This document shows, piece by piece, positions 12,190 through 25,113 of a stretch of DNA of 64,000 bases. Source of the stretch: Ranitomeya imitator (Eukaryota); contig NC_091283.1 of NCBI RefSeq assembly GCF_032444005.1, positions 271,002,001-271,066,000 of the forward strand, given 5' to 3'. Under the pieces are notes generated by a model. That model did not search any database, was not told the origin of the DNA, and was given only the letters and a program-made list of their open reading frames with translations. The position numbers and the translations under genes were made by a program. The first letter of the stretch is position 1, and each line of letters starts with the position of its first letter.

Positions 12190-13260
12190 CAAAAAGCTGG
12201 ACAGAGATGGGGCAGAGTGCTGGACAGAGATGGGGCAGAGTGCTGGACAGAGATGGGGCAGAGTGCTGGACAGAGATGGGGCAGAGTGCTGGACATAGAT
12301 GGGGCAGAGTGCTGGACACAGATGGGGCAGAATTGGAAACAGATGGGGCAGAGTGCTGGACGGAGATGGGGCAGAGTGCTGGACGGAGATGGGGCAGAGT
12401 GCTGGACACAGATGGGGCAAAGTGCTGGACACAGATGGGGCAGGATTGGAAACAGATGGGGCAGAGTGCTGGACACAGATGGGGCAAAGTGCTGGACACA
12501 GATGGGTCAGGATTGGAAACAGATGGGGCAGAGTGCTGGACACAGATGGGGCAGGATTGGAAACAGATGGGGCAGAGTGCTGGCCGGAGATGGGGCAGAG
12601 TGCTGGACGGAGATGGGGCAGAGTGCTGGACGGAGATGGGGCAGAGTGCTGGACGGAGATGGGGCAGAGTGCTGGACGGAGATGGGGCAGAGTGCTGGAC
12701 GGAGATGGGGCAGAGTGCTGGACGGAGATGGGGCAGAGTGCTGGACGGAGAAGGGGCAGAGTGCTGGACGGAGAAGGGGCAGAGTGCTGGACGGAGAAGA
12801 AGCAGAGTGCTGGACGGAGAAGGGGCAGAGTGCTGGACGGAGATGGGGCAGAGTGCTGGACAGAGATGGGGCAGAGTGCTGGACACAGATGGGGCAGAGT
12901 GCTGGACACAGATGGGGCAGAGTGCTGGACACAGATGGGGCAGAGTGCTGGACACAGATGGGGCAGAGTGCTGGACACAGATGGGGCAGAGTGCTGGACA
13001 CAGATGGAGCAGGATTGGAAACAGATGGGGCAGGATTGGAAACAGATGGGGCAGAGTGCTGGACACAGATGGGGCAGGATTGGAAACAGATGGGGCAGAG
13101 TGCTGGACACAGATGGGGCAGGATTGGAAACAGATGGGGCAGGATTGGAAACAGATGGGGCAGAGTGCTGGACACAGATGGGGCAGGATTGGAAACAGAT
13201 GGGGCAGAATGGAGACAGATGGGGCAGGATTGGACACAGATGGGGCAGGATGGATACGAT
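12190..13260 (+). repeat. 23/21-bp minisatellite (GATGGGGCAGAGTGCTGGACACA / GATGGGGCAGGATTGGAAACA)n
   Basis: Tandem periodicity with two interspersed unit types. Confidence 0.93.
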
Positions 13261-14457
13261 GGAGACAGATGGGGCAGGATGGGGAGATCACATGGGGCAG
13301 AATGGATACTCATGAGTGCAGGATGGGAGAACATATGGCTGGAGCCTGGAATGAGACACACGGGGGCCAGGAAGGGGAATATTATTACCATAGGGGCTAA
13401 TTAAGGGATATTATTATTGCAGTGATGTATTTATTTAATTTTTTTAGTATACTGTTTTAAATGGGGGGCGGTCCTGTTACTGTGTAGAGTGATACTATGT
13501 CGCCTTCTTCATGTGGTGTAATGTAGAGGCTGGGAAAATTAAGTAATGTGTTCTACAAGCGGAACTCGAGATAACTGTGTTATTTCCTGCAGAGACGAGT
13601 CCTGGCTGGATGAAGTGATGGCGGTCTGTGCTGGATGAAACATGAAGGACTTCACCTAGAGACGTCACTGGTGAGTCAGTGTTACCTATACACTGACACT
13701 ATACACTGTATACTATATACAGAGCTCCTGTGTATAATGTCACCGGTGATCACTGTATTACCTCTACACAGACACTGCATACTAATTACAGATCTCCTGT
13801 GTATAATGGCACTTATGGTGATAGTATTGTGGGTTTTTTTTTTATTACTGATCAGTATTGTAGTATTCAGTCATTGGTGGTAATATGCGGTCTGGTCATG
13901 ATGTGGTGGTATTTGTTCCTTGTATTTTATATTATTCGATCACTGTGGTGGTAATATGTCATCTGGTCATAGTGTTGTGGTATTTGTTCCTTGTATGTAG
14001 TATTATAGGTCATTTAAAAAAATGAAAAATAAATAAAAATATACCTAAATTGTATTGCATATTTTAACAAATATTTAATAGGTTACAGTAGAGTAGGGCC
14101 CGGCCAAAAGTGTCTACCGTGTTATGGTGGCGGCTTAAAAAATCTTTTGGCCAAAACAAAAGCTGCTGGCTATATGTGTGATCTGGTGATGGGAACTGTC
14201 AATGTGTGATAGGTGAGAAGTGGAGATTTTCCAAGAGAGCGGTGGGACTGTGGACAGTTCGAGGGGTGGAGCTTGGAGGCGGGGCTGGGGTGGAGCCTGG
14301 GCGGAGTCTCAAGGGGCCCCGAAAATTTTGCCAGTATGGGGCCCCAAAATTTGTAGTGGCAGCCCTGACTACAGCAGACAAAAAATACAAGGGACCGACA
14401 GCACTCTCTCATTCGGGCGCTCGTTCCATATCCAGGGAACCCTCCTGGGTAAGACAT

Positions 14458-14690
14458 CCAAATCTACACAAAGGAACAGCGCTCCACCGGGTGTATTGGT
14501 CCAAGAAAATCTTTATTCAGCCATATAGCATAAGCAACGTTTCAACCATATGCTGGTCTTTTTCAAGCATCTTTTTCATGCTTGAAAAAGACCAGCATAT
14601 GGTCGAAACGTTGCTTATGCTATATGGCTGAATAAAGATTTTCTTGGACCAATACACCCGGTGGAGCGCTGTTCCCTTGTGTAGATTTGG
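14458..14690. repeat. 233-bp near-perfect palindrome (113-bp arms, 7-nt loop)
   Basis: Arms CCAAATCTACAC...CAAGCAT / ATGCTTG...GTGTAGATTTGG differ at only 2 positions. Confidence 0.95.
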
Positions 14691-16190
14691 GCAATATACT
14701 ACGTGACTGGGCAAGATACTACGTGACTGGCCAATATACTCCGTGACTGGGCAATATACTACGTGACTGGGCAATATACTACGTGGCTCGGCAATATACT
14801 ACGTGACTGGGCAATATACCACGTGACTGGTCAATATACTACGTGACTGGGCAATATACTACGTGACTGGACAATATACTACGTGACTGGACAATATACT
14901 ACGTGGCTCTGTGCTGTATACTACATGACTGGGCAATATACTACGTGGCCGGGCAATATACTATGTGGCTCTGTGCTGTATACTACGTGACTGGGCAATA
15001 TACTACGTGACTGGGCAATATACTACGTGACTGGGCAATATACTACGTGACTGGGCAATATACTACGTGGCTGGGCAATATACTACGTGACTGGCCAATA
15101 TACTACGTGACTGGGCAATATACTACGTGACTGGGCAATATACTACGTGGCTGGGCAATATACTACGTGGCTGGGCAATATACTACGTGGCTGGGCAATA
15201 TACTACATGGTTGGGCAATATAATACGTGGCTGGGCAATATACTACGTGACTGGCCAATATACTACGTGACTGGGCAATATACTACGTGACTGGGCAATA
15301 TACTACGTGGCTGGGCAATATACTACGTGACTGGGCAATATACTACGTGACTGGGCAATATACTACGTGACTGGGCAAATTACTACGTGGCTGGGCAAAT
15401 TACTACGTGGCTGGGCAATATACTACGTGGCTGGGCAATATACTACGTGACTGGGCAATATACTACGTGACTGGGCAATATACTACGTGGCTGGGCAATA
15501 TACTACGTGACTGGGCAATATACTACGTGGCTGGGCAATATACTACGTGGCTGGGCAATATACTACGTGGCTGGGCAATTTACTACGTGGCTGGGCAATA
15601 TACTACGTGACTGGGCAATATACCACGTGGCTGGGCAATATACCACGTGGCTGGGCAATATACCACGTGGCTGGGCAATATACCACGTGGCTGGGCAATA
15701 TACCACGTGGCTGGGCAATATACTACGTGGCTGGGCAATATAATACGTGGCTGGGCAATATACTACGTGACTGGGCAATATACTACGTGACTGGGCAATA
15801 TAATACGTGGCTGGGCAATATAGTACGTGGCTGGGCAATATACTATGTGGCTGGGCAATATACTAAGTGACTGGGCAATATACTACGTGGCTCTGTGCTG
15901 TATACTACGTGGTTGGGCAATATGCTACGTGACTGGGCAATATACTACGTGGCTGGGCAATATACTACGTGGCTGGGCAATATACTACGTGACTGGGCAA
16001 TACACTACGTGGCTGGGCAATATACTACGTGGCTGGGCAATATACTACGTGACTGGGCAATTTACTACGTGGCTGGGCAATATACTACGTGGCTGGGCAA
16101 TATACTACGTGGCTGGGCAATATACCACGTGGCTGGGCAATATACCACGTGGCTGGGCAATATACTACGTGGCTGGGCAATATACTATGT
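14690..16190 (+). repeat. 20-bp satellite (GGGCAATATACTACGTG[A/G]CT)n, ~75 copies
   Basis: Tandem periodicity running up to the putative Helitron 3' hairpin. Confidence 0.95.
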
Positions 16191-16629
16191 GGACATGCAT
16201 ATTCTAGAATACCCGATGCGTTAGAATCGGGCCACCATCTACTATATATATATTATTGTATATATATTATATTACTTTTCTACTTGGCCGTCGTGGGCTG
16301 CCATTTTTGTTTGCTGGTTTATACGTTTCTGAGCACGGCACTTAGGCATTTACAGACAGCAAATGAGACAGCCACAGGCCAAAGGAGGTGATGTTCGTCC
16401 TTCATTTTCGAAGATGACCATGACTTCAGGGTTAGAAGAGAATTAGTAGTTATGGGTCCGGAGGTTTCTGATGAGTCCAATCCGAGCTCTGAAGGTTCGT
16501 CCACATACTTGACATAAGGAAGTAGATGTGATCAGTACCCCAGATTCTACTTGTGCCTTGCGGACAGCGCGTTGTTTTTGCAACAAAGATTTTCCTATCT
16601 TCTGTTGCACGTGCTCCTGAGGTGATCCT

Positions 16630-17075
16630 GCCCCGCCAACCTAGACAATCCAGGGCAAGCTCTTCCCATTCATTGGTGTTGATTCCAGGTTTTTGAGAGA
16701 CACCTTAAGGCAGTCTTTATAGCGCTTCTTCTGCCCCCCAACTGCTCGCTTTCCTTGGCACAGTTCTCCGTACAGCAGTTGTTTCGGTAGTCGGCTGTCA
16801 GGCATTCTAACCACGCGTCCAGCCCACCTGGCTTGGACTTTCAGCAGGAGAGTGTAAACGCTGCAGAACCCAGTTTGTTCCAGAATTGCCATGCCGTGTC
16901 CGGGATATTGTCTTGCCACCTGATGTGGAGGAGTCTGCGGAGGCAACTCATGTGGAAATAATTAAGCTGTTTAGCGTGCCGGCTGTACACTGTCCAGGTC
17001 TCGCTAGCATAGAGAAGTGTGGTGAGGACCACCGCGCAGTAGACCTTCAGCTTGGGAGGTAGTGGTTGGACGCCT
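16630..17075 (-). mobile_element. RTE-clade LINE fragment (C-terminal part of RT ORF, frameshifted)
   Basis: Peptides KLKVYCAVVLTTLLYASETWT...CLRRLLHIRWQD and RWAGRVVRMPDSRLPKQLLYGEL...GGQKKRYKDCLK in two frames. Confidence 0.85.
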
Positions 17076-17317
17076 GCCCTGTCACTGTAGAAAGAGCTTG
17101 GCGCCATTTTATTGTAGCCCAGCGCTAGAATTTCTCTGTCACTAGTAATTAACAAGGGCAGAGCTGCATCGTGAGCAGATCACAGTAGTTACCGGCGAGC
17201 TCTCATGTAGTCCGGGCACCAGGTCTCTGGTGGTGATTTCATACAGTGGTGTGTACACATCACTAGATGAAATTACCTCTGCAGCACTGGTGCCTGTACC
17301 CGATCACCAGGGATTTA

Positions 17318-18770
17318 AGGTACCTTCACACATAACGATATCGTTGCATTTTGTGACGTAGCAACGATATCGTTAATGAAATCGTTATGTGTGACAGCGA
17401 CCAACGATCAGGCCCCTGCTGGGAGATCGTTGGTCGCTGAATAAAGGCCCCTTCACATTAAGCGACGCTGCAGCGATACCGACAACGATCCGGATCGCTG
17501 CAGCATCGCTGTTTGGTCGCTGGAGAGCTGTCACACAGACAGCTCTCCAGCGACCAACGATGCCGGTAACCAGGGTAAACATCGGGTTACTAAGCGCAGG
17601 GCCGCGCTTAGTAACCCGATGTTTACCCTGGTTACCATCCTAAAAGTAAAAAAAAAACAAACACTACATACTTACCTCACGCTGTCTGTCCTCCAGCGCT
17701 GTGCTCTGCACTCCTCCTGTACTGTCTGTGTGAGCACAGCGGCCGGAAAGCAGAGCGGTGACGTCACCGCTCTGCTTTCCGGCTGACCGACGCTCACAGC
17801 CAGTACAGGAGGAGTGCAGAGCACAGCGCTGGAGGACAGACAGCTGTAGGTAAGTATGTAGTGTTTGTTTTTTTTTACTTTTAGGATGGTAACCAGGGTA
17901 AACATCGGGTTACTAAGCGCGGCCCTGCGCTTAGTTACCCGATGTTTACCCTGGTTACCAGTGAAGACATCGCTGGATCGGTGTCACACACGCTGATTCA
18001 GCGATGTCTACGGGGAGTCCAGCGACCAAATAAAGTTCTGGACTTTCTTCCCCGACCAGCGACAGCACAGCAGGGGCCTGATCGCTGCTGCCTGTCACAC
18101 TGGACGATATCGCTAGCGAGGACGCTGCAACGTCACGGATCGCTAGCGATATCGTCTAGTGTGACGGTACCTTAAAGTCCAGAACTTTATTTCGTCGCTG
18201 GACTCCTGCTGATATCGCTGGATCGGCGTGTGTGACACCGATCCAGCGATGTCTTCACTGGTAACCAGGGTAAACATCGGGTAACTAAGCGCAGGGCCGC
18301 GCTTAACCCGATGTTTACCCTGGTTACCATCCTAAAAGTAAAAAAAAAACAAACAGTACATACTTACCTACCGCTGTCTGTCCCCGGCGCTGTGCTCTGC
18401 ACTCCTCCTGTACTGGCTGTGAGCGTAGGTCAGCCGGAAAGCAGAGCGGTGACGTCACCGCTCTGCTTTCCGGCCGCTGTGCTCACACAGACAGTACAGG
18501 AGGAGTGCAGAGCACAGCGCTGGAGGACAGACAGCGGTAGGTAAGTATGTAGTGTTTGTTTTTTTTTACTTTTAGGATGGTAACCAGGGTAAACATCGGG
18601 TTACTAAGCGCGGCCCTGCGCTTAGTTACCCGATGTTTACCCTGGTTACCGGCATCGTTGGTCGCTGGAGAGCTGTCTGTGTGACAGCTCTCCAGCGACC
18701 AAACAGCGACGCTGCAGCGATCCGGATCGTTGTCGGTATCGCTGCAGCGTCGCTTAATGTGAAGGGGCCT
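17318..18770. mobile_element. PIF/Harbinger-type MITE, outer copy, interrupted by a nested copy of itself
   Basis: Termini AGGTACCTTCACAC ... ATGTGAAGGGGCCT; TTA duplicated at 17315-17317 and 18771-18773. Confidence 0.8.
17445..18172. mobile_element. PIF/Harbinger-type MITE, inner copy, opposite orientation
   Basis: Termini AGGCCCCTTCACAT ... GTGTGACGGTACCT; TAA duplicated at 17442-17444 and 18173-18175. Confidence 0.8.
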
Positions 18771-18978
18771 TTACTGTGATTTGAGCGTTGCAGCTGCATT
18801 GAAATGACTGCTGTGCTCAGATCTCTGTAAGGAGCAGTGACCAGCGCAGTGCTGATCAACTGATCCCCTCCCGAACGCCTTCCCCTGACGATCACCTAGA
18901 TCTCCTCTGTGATCTCTGCTGAGCAGTATACATGTATACAGGGAGGATCTCCTTGTAGGTAGAGCACCAGCTCAGGGG

Positions 18979-19308
18979 TGGGCTCACACAACACGTCTTC
19001 TGCTGCCTTGTTGGGCTCACACAACACGTCTTCTGCTGCCTTGTTGGGCTCACACAACACGTCTTCTGCTGCCTTGTTGGGCTCACACAACACGTCTTCT
19101 GCTGCCTTGTTGGGCTCACATAACACGTCTTCTGCTGCCTTGTTGGGCTCACACAACACGTCTTCTGCTGCCTTGTTGGGCTCACATAACATGTCTTCTG
19201 CTGCCTTGTTGGGCTCACACAACACGTCTTCTGCTGCCTTGTTGGGCTCACATAACACGTCTTCTGCTGCCTTGTTGGGCTCACACAACACGTCTTCTGC
19301 TGCCTTGC
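18979..19308. repeat. 33-bp minisatellite, 10 copies (TGGGCTCACACAACACGTCTTCTGCTGCCTTGT)
   Basis: Exact 33-bp period. Confidence 0.95.
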
Positions 19309-19964
19309 TGTTGACTCTCAGAAGCTTCTTCATGCAGATATGTTCTTACAGCAGGCATCTGGGAATGATGGGAGTTTATTTTACCTGTAAATCTTGCACA
19401 AGTGTCAATTTAAGACATTTATAAAACTTCTAGAAGGTCTTGATAAGTATCAGATCTCAATGATGGAGTCTCAGAGGGCTGTGTTAGCAGTACCCTCCGT
19501 CTCTGTCCTCCCGGTGCCCCTGTTCCTGGCAGAGAAGAGTCTGTAACGTCATCTAATATCACAGGCGGAAGGTTTTATGGCGGATATAAAGTGATGCACT
19601 CAGGAATGTGATTAGTGTGTCATTCTGGACTCGCTGTCTGCTCCTCTGGAGCCAGAGGAGTTATGGGGGAGTCTGCCATCTCGGTGCTGTCTCTGTAGAT
19701 ATTCCAAACATTGTGCAGAGCGGATGTGGATATTTTCTGTAACTGACACGAGACCGCCGTAGAGCATCTACCACCAAACACTGTGGCTCCCATACTCAAT
19801 GAGAAGCCAGGATGTGAGAAGGGGGAGGGAAAAAGGTTTCAGCCCCGCATAGATATATAGGACACGCCCCATTTATATATTAAAATAATAAACGTATTCA
19901 TTCTTCCCTTAGTATGTCACATACCAGGCGCCTTGTAAAGGACCTCATCAACACAGACCCAGAA

Positions 19965-20460
19965 AAAGACCCCACTATACAAACCCCAGACCAGACCCCC
20001 TGTATACAGACCCCAGACTAGACCTCCTGTATACAGACCTCAGACCAGACCTCCTGTATACAGACCCCAGACCAGACCTCCTGTATACAGACCCCAGACC
20101 AGACCTCCTGTATACAGACCCCAGACCAGACCCTCTGTATACAGACCCCAGACCAGACCCTCCTGTTTACAGACCCCAGACGAGACTTCCTGTATACAGA
20201 GACCAGACCCCCTGTTTACAGACAGAAGAGAACAGGCCCCCTGTATACAGACCCCAGACCAGACCTCCTGTATACAGACACCAGACCTCCTGCATACAGA
20301 CCCCAGACCGGACCTCCTGTATAAAGACCCCAGACCAGACCCCCTGATTACAGACAGAAAAGAACAGACCCCCTGTATACAGACCCCAGACCGGACCTCC
20401 TGTATACAGACCACAGACCAGACCTCCTGTATACAGACCCCAGACCATACCACCTGTATA
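19965..20460 (+). repeat. ~27-bp minisatellite (CAGACCCCAGACCAGACCTCCTGTATA)n
   Basis: Tandem periodicity; reverse complement occurs at 47150-48092. Confidence 0.9.
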
Positions 20461-20523
20461 GAGAAAAGGGAATTTGTTCGGGCTTCCTGGATCGCGCCGG
20501 CTTATCATCTGATCTGTGCTGCA

Positions 20524-23500
20524 GCTGCATGTGTCGCGGCTGTGAGACAGGCATAGACAGCCTGTGTATTGGGCCCTCCATACATGTGTCGCGGCTGTGT
20601 GACAGGCATGGACAGCCTGTGTGTTGGGCTCTCCATACATGTGTCGCGGCTGTGTGACAGGCATGGACAGCCTGTGTGTTGGGCTCTCCATACATGTGTC
20701 GCGGCTGTGTGTCAGGCATGGACAGCCTGTGTGTTGGGCTTTCCATACATGTGTCGCGGCTGTGTGACAGGCATGGACAGCCTGTGGGTTGGGCTCTCCA
20801 TACATGTGTCGCGGCTGTGTGACAGGCATGGACAGCCTGTGTGTTGGGCTCTCCATACATGTGTCGCGGCTGTGTGTCAGGCATAGACAGCCTGTGTGTT
20901 GGGCTTTCCATACATGTGTCGCGGCTGTGTGACAGGCATGGACAGCCTGTGTGTTGGGCCCTCCATACATGTGTCACGGCTGTGTGACAGGCATGGACAG
21001 CCTGTGGGTTGGGCTCTCCATACATGTGTCGCGGCTGTGTGACAGGCATGGACAGCCTGTGTGTTGGGCTCTCCATACATGTGTCGCGGCTGTGTGACAG
21101 GCATGGACAGCCTGTGTATTGGGCTCTCCATACATGTGTCGCGGCTGTGTGTCAGGCATAGACAGCCTGTGTGTTGGGCTTTCCATACATGTGTCGCGGC
21201 TGTGTGACAGGCATGGACAGCCTGTGGGTTGGGCTCTCCATACATGTGTCGCGGCTGTGTGACAGGCATGGACAGCCTGTGTGTTGGGCCCTCCATACAT
21301 GTGTCGCGGCTGTGTGTCAGGCATAGACAGCCTGTGTTTTGGGCCCTCCATACATGTGTCGCGTCTGTGTGACAGGCATTGACAGCCTGTGTGTTGGGCT
21401 CTACATAGATGTGTCGCGGCTGTGTGTCAGGCATAGACAGCCTGTGTATTGGGCCCTCCATACATGTGTCGCGGCTGTGTGACAGGCATGGGCAGCCTGT
21501 GGGTTGGGCTCTCCATACATGTGTCGCGGCTGTGTGACAGGCATGGACAGCCTGTGTGTTGGGCTCTCCATACATGTGTTGCGGCTGTGTGACAGGCATA
21601 GACAGCCTGTGTGTTGGGCTCTCCATACATGTGTTTCATCTGTGTGACAGGCATAGACAGCCTGTGTGCTGGGCTCTCCATACATGTGTCGCGGCTGTGT
21701 GACAGGCATAGACAGCCTGTGTGTTGGGCTCTCCATACATGTGTCGCGGCTGTGTGTCAGGCATAGACAGCCTGTGTGTTGGGCTCTCCATACATGTGTC
21801 GCGGCTGTGTGACAGGCATGGACAGCCGGTGTGTTGGGCTCGCCATACATGTGTCGCGGCTGTGTGACAGGTATGGACAGCCTGTGTGTTGGGCCCTCCA
21901 TACATGTGTCGCGGCTGTGTGACAGGTATGGACAGCCTGTGTGTTGGGCTCTCCATACATGTGTCGCGGCTGTGTGACAGGTATGGACAGCCTGTGTGTT
22001 GGGGCATCCATACATATGTCGCGGCTGTGTGACAGGCATGGACAGCCTGTGGGTTGGGCTCTCCATACATGTGTCGCGGCTGTGTGACAGGCATGGACAG
22101 CCTGTGTGTTGGGCTCTCCATACATGTGTCGTGGCTGTGTGACAGGCATAGACAGCCTGTGTGTTGGGCTCTCCATACATGTGTCGCGGCTGTGTGACAG
22201 GCATGGACAGCCTGTGTGTTGGGCTCTCCATACATGTGTCGCGGCTGTGTGACAGGCATGGACAGCCTGTTTGTTGGCTCTCCATACATGTGTCGCGGCT
22301 GTGTGTCAGGCATAGACAGCCTGTGTGTTGGGCCCTCCATACATGTGTCGCGGCTGTGTGACAGGCATGGACAGCCTGTGTGTTGGGCTCTCCATACATG
22401 TGTCGCGGCTGTGTGACAGGCACTGACAGCCTGTGTGCTGGGCTCTCCATACATGTGTCGCGGCTGTGTGACAGGCATGGACAGCCTGTGTGTTGGCTCT
22501 CCATACATGTGTCGCGGCTGTGTGTCAGGCATAGACAGCCTGTGTGTTGGGCCCTCCATACATGTGTCGCGGCTGTGTGACAGGCATGGACAGCCTGTGG
22601 GTTGGGCTCTCCATACATGTGTCGCGGCTGTGTGACAGGCATGGACAGCCTGTGTGTTGGGCTCTCCATACATGTGTCGCGGCTGTGTGACAGGCATAGA
22701 CAGCCTGTGTGTTGGGCTCTCCATACATGTGTCGCGGCTGTGTGACAGGCATGGACAGCCTGTGTGTTGGGCTCTCCATACATGTGTCGCGGCTGTGTGA
22801 CAGGCATGGACAGCCGATGTGTTGGGCTCTCCATACATGTGTCGCGGCTGTGTGTCAGGCATAGACAGCCTGTGTGTTGGGCCCTCCACACATATGTCGC
22901 GGCTGTGTGACAGGCATGGACAGCCTGTGTGTTGGGCTCTCCATACATGTGTCGCGGCTGTGTGTCAGGCATACACAGCCTGTGTGTTGGGCTCTCCATA
23001 CATGTGTCGCGGCTGTGTGACAGGCATGGACAGCCGATGTGTTGGGCTCTCCATACATGTGTTGCGGCTGTGTGACAGGTATGGACAGCCTGTGTGTTGG
23101 GCCCTCCATACATGTGTCGCGGCTGTGTGACAGGTATGGACAGCCTGTGTGTTGGGCTCTCCATACATGTGTCGCGGCTGTGTGACAGGCATAGACAGCC
23201 TGTGTGTTGGGCTCTCCATACATGTGTCGCGGCTGTGTGACAGGCATGGACAGCCTGTGTGTTGGGCTCTCCATACATGTGTCGCGGCTGTGTGACAGGT
23301 ATGGACAGCCTGTGTGTTGGGGCATCCATACATGTGTCGCGGCTGTGTGACAGGCATGGACAGCCTGTGGGTTGGGCTCTCCATACGTGTCGCGGCTGTG
23401 TGACAGGCATGGACAGCCTGTGTGTTGGGCTCTCCATACATGTGTCGCGGCTGTGTGACAGGCATAGACAGCCTGTGTGTTGGGCTCTCCATACATGTGT

Positions 23501-25092
23501 CGCGGCTGTGTGACAGGCATGGACAGCCTGTGTGTTGGGCTCTCCATACATGTGTCGCGGCTGTGTGACAGGCATGGACAGCCTGTGTGTTGGGCTCTCC
23601 ATACATGTGTCGCGGCTGTGTGACAGGCATGGACAGCCTGTGTGTTGGGCTCTCCATACATGTGTCGCGGCTGTGTGACAGGTATGGACAGCCTGTGTGT
23701 TGGGGCATCCATACATGTGTCGCGGCTGTGTGACAGGCATGGACAGCCTGTGGGTTGGGCTCTCCATACGTGTCGCGGCTGTGTGACAGGCATGGACAGC
23801 CTGTGTGTTGGGCTCTCCATACATGTGTCGCGGCTGTGTGACAGGCATAGACAGCCTGTGTGTTGGGCTCTCCATACATGTGTCGCGGCTGTGTGACAGG
23901 CATGGACAGCCTGTGTGTTGGGCTCTCCATACATGTGTCGCGGCTGTGTGACAGGCATGGACAGCCTGTGTGTTGGCTCTCCATACATGTGTCGCGGCTG
24001 TGTGTCAGGCATAGACAGCCTGTGTGTTGGGCCCTCCATACATGTGTCGCGGCTGTGTGACAGGCATGGACAGCCTGTGTGTTGGGCTCTCCATACATGT
24101 GTCGCGGCTGTGTGACAGGCATTGACAGCCTGTGTGCTGGGCTCTCCATACATGTGTCGCGGCTGTGTTACAGGCATGGACAGCCTGTGTGTTGGCTCTC
24201 CATACATGTGTCGCGGCTGTGTGTCAGGCATAGACAGCCTGTGTGTTGGGCCCTCCATACATGTGTCGCGGCTGTGTGACAGGCATGGACAGCCTGTGGG
24301 TTGGGCTCTCCATACATGTGTCGCGGCTGTGTGACAGGCATGGACAGCCTGTGGGTTGGGCTCTCCATACATGTGTCGCGGCTGTGTGACAGGCATAGAC
24401 AGCCTGTGTGTTGGGCTCTCCATACATGTGTCGCGGCTGTGTGACAGGCATGGACAGCCTGTGTGTTGGGCTCTCCATACATGTGTCGCGGCTGTGTGAC
24501 AGGCATGGACAGCCTGTGTGTTGGCTCTCCATACATGTGTCGCGGCTGTGTGTCAGGCATAGACAGCCTGTGTGTTGGGCCCTCCACACATATGTCGCGG
24601 CTGTGTGACAGGCATGGACAGCCTGTGTGTTGGGCTCTCCATACATGTGTCGCGGCTGTGTGACAGGCATGGACAGCCTGTGTGTTGGCTCTCCATACAT
24701 GTGTCGCGGCTGTGTGTCAGGCATAGACAGCCTGTGTGTTGGGCTCTCCATACATGTGTCGCGGCTGTGTGACAGGCATGGACAGCCTGTGTGCTGGGCT
24801 CTCCATACATGTGTCGCGGCTGTGTGACAGGCATGGACAGCCTGTGTGTTGGGCTCTCCATACATGTGTTGCGGCTGTGTGACAGGCATAGACAGCCTGT
24901 GTGTTGGGCTCTCCATACATGTGTTTCATCTGTGTGACAGGCATAGACAGCCTGTGTGCTGGGCTCTCCATACATGTGTCGCGGCTGTGTGACAGGCATA
25001 GACAGCCTGTGTGTTGGGCTCTCCATACATGTGTCGCGGCTGTGTGACAGGCATGGACAGCCTGTGTGTTGGGCTCTCCATACATGTGTCGT
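20524..25092 (+). repeat. 55-bp satellite, ~83 highly homogeneous copies (CATACATGTGTCGCGGCTGTGTGACAGGCATGGACAGCCTGTGTGTTGGGCTCTC)
   Basis: 55-bp period with occasional 54-bp variants; produces the many overlapping MESPTHRLS ORFs. Confidence 0.97.
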
Positions 25093-25113
25093 GCCTGTCA
25101 CACATGCAGCTGT

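Larger units (their letters stand above)
10561..16242 (+). mobile_element. Putative non-autonomous Helitron carrying several internal satellites
   Basis: 5' A|TC start followed by (CTGT)n; 3' hairpin CCCGAT-gcgttaga-ATCGGG (16212-16231) then CTAC|T (CTAG variant); AT-rich flanks, no TSD. That both ends belong to one element is inferred. Confidence 0.6.

Noticed and set aside
12063-13404. 300-400-aa ORFs on both strands
   Set aside because: Products of a 23/21-bp minisatellite open in all frames; no domain or splice support.
16469-16500. Hammerhead look-alike CTGATGAGTCC
   Set aside because: No complementary stem II or downstream GAAA; the same holds for CTGATGA at ~8103, ~8356, ~8581 and ~26801.
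16630-17075. BovB horizontal transfer
   Set aside because: The peptide is RTE-clade but does not match the BovB C-terminal motifs as I recall them (VMYGCESWTIKK...WCWRRLLRVPW). A Repbase search would settle it.
18896-19333. ORF with (CEPNKAAEDVL)x10
   Set aside because: The 33-bp unit is open in several frames on both strands, and no recognisable flanking coding exon was found. It would need RNA-seq support.
20524-25092. CRISPR-like array, or the 824-aa MESPTHRLS repeat protein
   Set aside because: Contiguous 55-bp units without unique spacers, no cas genes, eukaryotic context. ORFs overlap in several frames on both strands because the unit lacks stops.
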